Below are positions 58,285-64,000 of a stretch of 64,000 nt of DNA, one piece after another. Source of the stretch: Candidatus Dormiibacterota bacterium (lineage in GTDB: Bacteria > Chloroflexota > Dormibacteria > Aeolococcales > Aeolococcaceae). The DNA is taken from NCBI GenBank assembly GCA_036828955.1, contig DAISRJ010000007.1, positions 1,967 to 65,966 on the forward strand, written 5' to 3'. Numbering within the stretch: the first letter of the stretch is position 1; every line of letters begins with the position of its first letter. The position numbers and the translations under genes are program-made. The notes beneath the pieces were generated by a model. The model saw only the letters and a program-made list of their open reading frames with translations, did not search any database and was not told the DNA's origin.

Positions 58285-59724
58285 ATGTCCCCGACCGCCG
58301 TCTCCGACACCAGTCCCAAGCAGCTCATCGCTCACGCCAGGGAGCTGGGCGCGAAGATGGTTGACTTCAGGTTCACGGACCTCCCCGGCACCTGGCAGCA
58401 CTTCAGCGTGCCTGTCAGCGAGCTCACCGAGTCCGTCTTCGAGAACGGCATCGGCTTCGACGGGTCGAGCATTCGTGGGTTCCAGAAGATCCACGAGAGC
58501 GACATGCTCCTCTTCCCCGACACGGCGCGCGCCTTTCTCGACCCGGTGCTCGAGGTGCCGACGCTGGCGATCATCTGCGACATCAAGGACCCACTGACGC
58601 TCCAGCCCTACAGCCGCGACCCTCGCTATGTCGCGCGCAAGGCGGAGGAGTACCTGCGCAGCTCCGGTATCGCCGACACCTCCTACTGGGGCCCGGAGTG
58701 CGAGTTCTACATCTTCAATTCGGTCCGCTATGACCAGAACACTCACGAGGGCTACTACCACATCGACTCCGACGAGGGCGTGTGGAACACGGGCCGCAAC
58801 GGCACCGCCAACCTCGGCTACCGCCCCAAGCTGAAGAGCGGGTATTTCCCGGTGCCGCCTGTTGACAAGCAGCAGGACCTGCGCAGCCGGATCGTGCTCG
58901 CTCTCATCGAGGCGGGCATCGACATCGAGGTGCATCACCACGAGGTCGGCACGGCCGGCCAGGCCGAGATCGACATGCGCTTCGACACGCTGGTTTCGAT
59001 GGCGGACAAGGTGCTCAAGTACAAGTACATCGTCAAGAACGTCTGCTACAACGCGGGATACACCGCGACGTTCATGCCCAAGCCGCTCTTCGGTGACAAC
59101 GGCAGCGGCATGCACACGCACCAGTCGCTGTGGAACGGTGACGAGCCGCTGTTCTTCGACGCCGCCAACTACGCTCTGCTCAGCGACATGGCGCGCTGGT
59201 ACATCGGCGGCCTGCTCAAGCATGCCCCGGCCGTCCTCGCCTTCGCCGCTCCCACGACAAACAGCTACCGGCGCCTGGTCCCGGGGTACGAAGCGCCCAT
59301 CAAGCTCGCCTACAGCGCGCGCAACCGCAGCGCCTGCGTGCGCATCCCGACGTACAGCGACAAGCCTGCGGCGCGCCGCCTCGAGTTCCGCTCGCCGGAC
59401 CCGATGTGCAACCCGTACCTGGCGTTCTCCGCGATGCTCATGGCCGGTCTCGACGGCGTCCAGAACAAGATCGAGCCGCCCATGCCAGTCGACGCCGACC
59501 TGTACGAGCTCGAGGGCCGCGAGGCGGAGCGCGTCCACGACCTCCCCGGTTCGCTCTCCGAGGTGCTCGACGCCCTGGAGAACGACCAGGAGTTCCTGCT
59601 CCGCGGTGGCGTGTTCACGCCCGACCTGATCGACACGTACATCGCCTACAAGCGTGAGAGCGAGGTCGACCCCATCGCTCTGCGACCACACCCATACGAG
59701 TTCTACCTCTACTACGACGCCTGA
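58285..59724 (+). CDS. glnA: glutamine synthetase type I (GSI-beta)
   Basis: [57 protein letters not shown] and the adenylylation-loop-like DLYELEG. The ATG at 58285 fits homolog N-termini. The ATG at 58231 (GGAGG 9 nt upstream) is the alternative. Confidence 0.9.
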   Translation: MSPTAVSDTSPKQLIAHARELGAKMVDFRFTDLPGTWQHFSVPVSELTESVFENGIGFDGSSIRGFQKIHESDMLLFPDTARAFLDPVLEVPTLAIICDIKDPLTLQPYSRDPRYVARKAEEYLRSSGIADTSYWGPECEFYIFNSVRYDQNTHEGYYHIDSDEGVWNTGRNGTANLGYRPKLKSGYFPVPPVDKQQDLRSRIVLALIEAGIDIEVHHHEVGTAGQAEIDMRFDTLVSMADKVLKYKYIVKNVCYNAGYTATFMPKPLFGDNGSGMHTHQSLWNGDEPLFFDAANYALLSDMARWYIGGLLKHAPAVLAFAAPTTNSYRRLVPGYEAPIKLAYSARNRSACVRIPTYSDKPAARRLEFRSPDPMCNPYLAFSAMLMAGLDGVQNKIEPPMPVDADLYELEGREAERVHDLPGSLSEVLDALENDQEFLLRGGVFTPDLIDTYIAYKRESEVDPIALRPHPYEFYLYYDA

Positions 59725-59767
59725 CACAGCAACGATGGGGGCGTAGGGAAACAACGCCGCAGCCGTG

Positions 59768-59810
59768 AGGGACGGGAGCCGCCGGGTTCCCGTCCCTTTC
59801 TCTTCCTGTC
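59768..59810 (+). terminator. intrinsic terminator after glnA
   Basis: 10-bp stem AGGGACGGGA / TCCCGTCCCT with a 10-nt loop, followed by the T-rich TTCTCTTCCTGTCTT. Confidence 0.6.
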
Positions 59811-59867
59811 TTGGCCGATCAACCGTCTCCGGGTCACGATGGGGCAGCACTGTTCTGGCACAGTGCC

Positions 59868-61001
59868 GTGGTGCTTGAACTGAGCGGTGCGGACGCGCGC
59901 GGCCTGGCCGTGGTCGCGCAGGGGCTGAGCGGCCGTCGCCATCGCGATCCGCTGCGTCTTCTGCGCCGGCTCAACGCCATACAGATCGACACCATCTCTG
60001 TGATCGCTCGATCGCAGGAGCTCGTGGCCTTCGCCCGTTTGGGTCCTGTCAGTCGCGCCGACCTGGCGCGGGCATGGTGGGGCCGGGGGGCGACCTTCGA
60101 GTACTGGGCGCACGCGGCGTGTCTGCTGCCGCTCGAGCTGTGGCCGCTGTTCGCGTGGCGGCGGCGCAGCTACCTGCGCCGGTATGGGTCGCGCACAGTC
60201 GAGCAGCACGAGATCGCCGCGCGCCTGCGCGACGTGGGTTCGCTGACGATCGCGGACCTGGGCGGCGGGCGGACGGCCCCGGGCTGGTGGGAGTGGAGCG
60301 CGGTCAAGTCAGCCGTGGAACGGATGCTCGCCTGCGGCGAGGTCGTGTGCACGGAGCGGCGCGGCTTCCGGCGGGTGTACCGCCTCGCCGAGGACGCCGT
60401 GCCAGCCCACCTGCTCGGCGCCGAGCCGGACGACGCCGCCTGCCACGCGGCGCTGGTTGCGCTGGCCGCCTCGTCCCTGGGTGCGGCCACGGCCGACGAC
60501 CTCGCCGACTATTTCCGGCTCCCGGTCGCCGCTGTCCGCCCCGCTGCGGAGGCCGCCGGACTGACACCCGTCTCCGTGTCCGGATGGCGCCGGCCGGCCT
60601 GGGCGGCCCCGGCCGCACTGATCGGGCAGAGGCGGGCGCCACAGCACCGGCCGGTGCTGCTCTCACCCTTCGATTCGCTGATCTGGCACCGACCCCGCAC
60701 CGAGCGCCTCTTCGGCTTTCGCCATCGCCTCGAGGCGTACACGCCGGCGCCCAAGCGAGAGCACGGCTACTTCGCGATGCCGCTCCTCGCCGGGAGCCGC
60801 CTGGTGGGACGCGTTGATCCGAAGCGTGACGGCGGCGTGCTGCGCGTGCGCTCCTTGTCTGTCGAGCACGGCGCCGTCGCCGCGCTCGCCGAGGCGCTGC
60901 GCGCCGCCGCGGACTGGGTGGGATGCGACGAGGTTGCCGTCGACCCGACTGTTCCGGAAGTGGTCGCCGGCCCTCTTCGTGCCGCGCTCGCCGCCGGGTA
61001 G
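59868..61001 (+). CDS. winged-helix DNA glycosylase family protein (YcaQ/AlkZ-like, DUF1006)
   Basis: LSGADARGLAVVAQGL...LRRLNAIQIDTISVIARSQELVAF...FEYWAHAACLLP...HGYFAMPLL. A GTG start was chosen because the ORF-track TTG at 59811 lies in the terminator tail. Confidence 0.75.
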   Translation: MVLELSGADARGLAVVAQGLSGRRHRDPLRLLRRLNAIQIDTISVIARSQELVAFARLGPVSRADLARAWWGRGATFEYWAHAACLLPLELWPLFAWRRRSYLRRYGSRTVEQHEIAARLRDVGSLTIADLGGGRTAPGWWEWSAVKSAVERMLACGEVVCTERRGFRRVYRLAEDAVPAHLLGAEPDDAACHAALVALAASSLGAATADDLADYFRLPVAAVRPAAEAAGLTPVSVSGWRRPAWAAPAALIGQRRAPQHRPVLLSPFDSLIWHRPRTERLFGFRHRLEAYTPAPKREHGYFAMPLLAGSRLVGRVDPKRDGGVLRVRSLSVEHGAVAALAEALRAAADWVGCDEVAVDPTVPEVVAGPLRAALAAG

Positions 61002-61031
61002 GCTCCGCCCCATGGAGCACGCTGGCCGGCC

Positions 61032-61653
61032 ATGAGGATCGGCAACATGTACGGGCCCGATGCGACCTTCGTCGGCGTGCCCGCTGCCGACCTCGATGAC
61101 CCGGCCAGCTTCGCGGGCGCTGCGGCTGTGATCGTGGGCGCGCCGTTCGACGGCGGCACCAGCCACCGCCCCGGCTGCCGCTTCGGTCCGCAGGCGATCC
61201 GGCTGGCCTGCTACCTCGAGCACGACGGCAGACGTCCGTCGCTCGCGCTCGGCGTCGACGGTCTCCTCGACCGCGGCGTGGTCGACGCCGGCGACGTGCT
61301 CATGCCCGCCGGCGAGATCGAGGCATTGCTGCTCCGCCTCGAGCAGGCGGTGGAGCTGGTGGCCCGCAGCGGCACCGGGCACGGGCACGCCGGAGCCCGG
61401 CGGCCTCACCGCCCGCCAACTGCTCGACGCCGTGCGCCGCGTCGCCAGGGAGGTACCGCTGGCCGGGGTGGAGGTCGTCGAGGTGTCGCCACCGTACGAC
61501 CACGCTGAGGTGACCGCCTACCTCGGCAATCGCATCGTCCTCGAGGCCCTCTCCGGGATCGCCTGGCGCCCTCGCCACGATGGCGCGGTGAGGCCCGAGG
61601 ATCCGCTGCTTGGCCGCGTCGCGGCGCACGCACCCGGCGACCTCACCGGGTAG
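61032..61653 (+). pseudogene. agmatinase/ureohydrolase-family remnant (internal deletion plus frameshift)
   Basis: Frame 0 encodes an N-terminal ~110 aa (VGAPFDGGTSHRPGCRFGPQAIR...). From about 61363, frame 1 encodes the C-terminal ~95 aa (PAAAPGTGTPEPGGLTARQLL...[16 protein letters not shown]...). The central GGDH, DAHxD and DxDxxDP metal-ligand motifs are absent. Confidence 0.7.
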
Positions 61654-61763
61654 GCCACCGCTCCCTCCACCCGGTGCCGTCATGTCCACCGGCCGTCTGT
61701 CATGATCCCGCGGTTGCGGCCGCCGACCGGCGCCGTCGGTGGCGCGATCCGCAGAGGGAAACC

Positions 61764-62726
61764 GTGGCACAGGATCCGGGCATCGTCGGGCCCGCAGACG
61801 GCCGAGCGATACCGCGCTATGCCGGGCTCAGCACCTTCGCCCGGCTTCCCCGCCTCGAGGACGTTGCCCACGCTGACGTCGCCGTCGTCGGGGCGCCGTT
61901 CGATGCCGGTGTCAGTTACCGCCCGGGCGCACGCTTCGGCCCCGCCCACATCCGCCAGTCATCCCGGCTGCTCAGACCATATAACCCGGCTCTCGATGTC
62001 GGGCCCTTCGATGGGCAACAGGTCGCGGATGCCGGAGACATCAGTTGCAACCCGTTCGACATCGGTGAGGCGATCAGCCAAGTCGAGGCGGGAGCAAACG
62101 CCCTCCTCGCGGGAGGCAGTCGCCTCCTGACCCTTGGCGGCGACCACACCATCGCGCTGCCGCTCCTGCGCGCGGTCTGTCGCGACCTCGGTCCGGTGGC
62201 GGTGCTGCACTTCGATGCCCACCTCGACACCTGGGACACGTATTTCGGCGAGCCGTACACTCATGGAACGCCATTCCGGCGTGCGTCGGAGGAGGGCCTC
62301 GTGGACCTGGCGCACTCCATGCACATCGGCATCCGCGGGCCGCTCTACGACCGGGTCGACCTCGCTGACACCGCTCGGCTGGGCTTCGAGACCATTCACT
62401 GCGCCGACATTGAGGAGCTCGGCGTTGCCGCGACCGTAAGGCGCATGCGCGACCGCCTGGGCTCAGCCCCAGTGTACGTGTCGATCGACATCGACGTGCT
62501 CGACCCGGCGCATGCGCCCGCCACCGGGACACCCGAGGCGGGAGGCATGACCAGCCGGGAGCTGCTCGTCACCATCCGCGGCCTCGCCGGGCTCCGCGTC
62601 GTGTCGGCCGACATCGTCGAGGTCTCGCCGGCCTACGACCATGCCGAGATCACCGGGATCGCCGCCGCCCACGTTGCCTACGAACTGCTGTCCATCATGG
62701 CAACACCAGTGCACAGAGAGGAGTAG
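61764..62726 (+). CDS. speB: agmatinase / guanidino-acid hydrolase (ureohydrolase family)
   Basis: [42 protein letters not shown] and [10 protein letters not shown]. The GTG at 61764 follows GAGGGA. Substrate specificity is not determinable from sequence alone. Confidence 0.85.
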   Translation: MAQDPGIVGPADGRAIPRYAGLSTFARLPRLEDVAHADVAVVGAPFDAGVSYRPGARFGPAHIRQSSRLLRPYNPALDVGPFDGQQVADAGDISCNPFDIGEAISQVEAGANALLAGGSRLLTLGGDHTIALPLLRAVCRDLGPVAVLHFDAHLDTWDTYFGEPYTHGTPFRRASEEGLVDLAHSMHIGIRGPLYDRVDLADTARLGFETIHCADIEELGVAATVRRMRDRLGSAPVYVSIDIDVLDPAHAPATGTPEAGGMTSRELLVTIRGLAGLRVVSADIVEVSPAYDHAEITGIAAAHVAYELLSIMATPVHREE

Positions 62727-62730
62727 AGGC

Positions 62731-64000
62731 ATGGCCACCACGACCGAACCGGTCGCCCGGCGGAGCACGGGCGGACTCGAGGTCCGCTCCATCGACTACG
62801 TGCCGCTGTCCGAGCGTCACGGCAAGCTGTGGCACCTCGGACCGCTGTGGTTCATGAGCAACGCGCAGATCGCCACGCTGGCAGTCGGGCTGGTCAGCAT
62901 CACCACCGGCGGCAACGTCATCTGGTCGCTGCTGGCGATCCTGGGTGGCACGCTCTTCGGCACCTTCTTCATGGCTTTCCACTCCGCCCAGGGCCCGCAG
63001 CTCGGCCTGCCGCAGATGATCCAGTCGCGGCCGCAATTCGGCTACATCGGAGCGCTGCTCGTCTGGCTCTTCGCATATCTGCAGTACGCTGGCTTCAACG
63101 TCTTCAATACCATCCTCGCCGGGCAGGGGATGAACGCCAGCGTCGGCGGCGATACGAAGATCTGGATCGTCATCGCCACGGTTCTCGCCGCGGTTGTCGC
63201 GCTGGTCGGGTACGACCTCATCCACAGCGTTGAGCGGCTGCTGACCTACGCGTTCGTCGTGTTTTTCGGACTTTTCACCATCGTCGTCATCGCCAGGGTC
63301 GGACTCCCTGCCGGCGCCTGGGACTTCGGCGGCTTCAAGGCGACACCCTTCCTTGCACAATTCGGAGTCGTCGCCGGCTACCAGATCAGCTGGGCGATCT
63401 ACGTGTCCGACTACTCTCGGTACTTGCACCCGAACGTCACCGTGAGCAAGACGTTCTACTGGACGTACGGTGGATCCGCGCTTGGCGCCTTCTGGCTGAT
63501 GGGCCTGGGCACCCTCCTCGCCGCTGGGGCTGGCGCTGCGTTCACCACCATCGGGTCCATCCACGACGCCGGCAACCTGCTCTTCAGCGGTTTCGGCGGC
63601 GTCATTCTCGTCTTCTCGGCGCTCGGTCTGATCTCGGTCACGGCACTGAACATGTACGGCGGGTCGCTGACCCTCATCAGCGGGATCGACTCCCTCAAGA
63701 ACGTGCGCCCGACGCTGAGCGTTCGCTCCATCACCATCAGCATCACTGCCGTCCTCGGGCTGGTGGGCGCGCTGGCCAGCTCGGACGCCTTCCTGTCCAA
63801 CTTCACCAACTTCCTGCTGCTGGTGCTGTACTTCTTCATCCCGTGGACGTCGATCAACCTCGTCGACTACTACATCGTGCGGCGCGGCCATTACGCCATC
63901 GAAGAGATCTTCAAGCCTGACGGCATCTACGGCCGCTGGGGATGGCGGGGCATCGTCAGCTACCTCATCGGCTTCGCCGCCATGACGCCCTTCTTCGCCA
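62731..64000 (+). CDS. NCS1-family nucleobase/cation symporter (purine-cytosine permease-like), 3' end outside window
   Basis: The ATG at 62731 follows GAGAGGAG. MATTTEPVARRSTGGLEVRSIDYVPLSERHGKLWHLGPLWFMSNAQIATLAVG... The frame stays open to base 64000, so it is missing from the ORF track because no stop is reached. Confidence 0.85.
   Translation, partial: MATTTEPVARRSTGGLEVRSIDYVPLSERHGKLWHLGPLWFMSNAQIATLAVGLVSITTGGNVIWSLLAILGGTLFGTFFMAFHSAQGPQLGLPQMIQSRPQFGYIGALLVWLFAYLQYAGFNVFNTILAGQGMNASVGGDTKIWIVIATVLAAVVALVGYDLIHSVERLLTYAFVVFFGLFTIVVIARVGLPAGAWDFGGFKATPFLAQFGVVAGYQISWAIYVSDYSRYLHPNVTVSKTFYWTYGGSALGAFWLMGLGTLLAAGAGAAFTTIGSIHDAGNLLFSGFGGVILVFSALGLISVTALNMYGGSLTLISGIDSLKNVRPTLSVRSITISITAVLGLVGALASSDAFLSNFTNFLLLVLYFFIPWTSINLVDYYIVRRGHYAIEEIFKPDGIYGRWGWRGIVSYLIGFAAMTPFFA

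Overview
GC-rich bacterial chromosomal segment; third codon positions are mostly G/C, which produces many long antisense shadow ORFs. Actinobacterial hallmarks are present: an ino1-patA-pimA-pgsA phosphatidylinositol-mannoside gene set, many ATGA/GTGA-coupled genes, and several starts that look leaderless. I support about 60 protein genes, 2 tRNAs, 1 TPP riboswitch, 1 clear pseudogene and a few candidate regulatory sites. In order, the window holds: (1) a glycosyltransferase fragment, a glycogen-debranching-like enzyme and an XRE regulator. (2) An Srs-like phenolic-lipid locus (type III PKS, ICMT-like methyltransferase, FAD oxidoreductase). (3) xthA. (4) A compact red-type form I RuBisCO module, cbbL-cbbS-cbbX-prk, with divergent cbbR. 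(5) An ATP-grasp protein, an Nfu-type Fe-S protein, a GT39-like membrane glycosyltransferase and a DUF6629-like gene split by an in-frame TAG. (6) A circularly permuted ATP-grasp gene flanked by three transglutaminase-like paralogs. (7) An M20 peptidase, typA, a DEAD-box helicase, a LPLAT acyltransferase, an EamA transporter, small proteins and a quinone oxidoreductase. (8) ada/alkA-ogt, an RpoD-type sigma factor, riboswitch-controlled thiD-thiM-thiE, gltX and tRNA-Glu. (9) A PNPOx-like protein, an MBL hydrolase, an HhH-GPD protein, an alcohol dehydrogenase, a secreted protein and an unusual tRNA(GUA). (10) ArsR-ino1-patA-pimA-pgsA, a CPBP protease, holB and a GH1 glucosidase. (11) A nitrogen island: GS-like gene, PucR regulator, amt-glnK, ferredoxin, glnA. 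(12) A YcaQ-type glycosylase, an agmatinase remnant next to intact speB, and an NCS1 permease that runs off the window. I saw no transposase, integrase, CRISPR array, phage gene or recognisable defence system, so this looks like core chromosome. The items most worth a second look are the class-I-shaped tRNA with a Tyr anticodon, the ATP-grasp/triple-transglutaminase cluster that lacks the usual alpha-E partner, a palindrome shared by the amt and glnA upstream regions, and the nested palindrome over the ArsR-ino1 start. All calls rest on reading the translations and sequence by eye; no database search was run.
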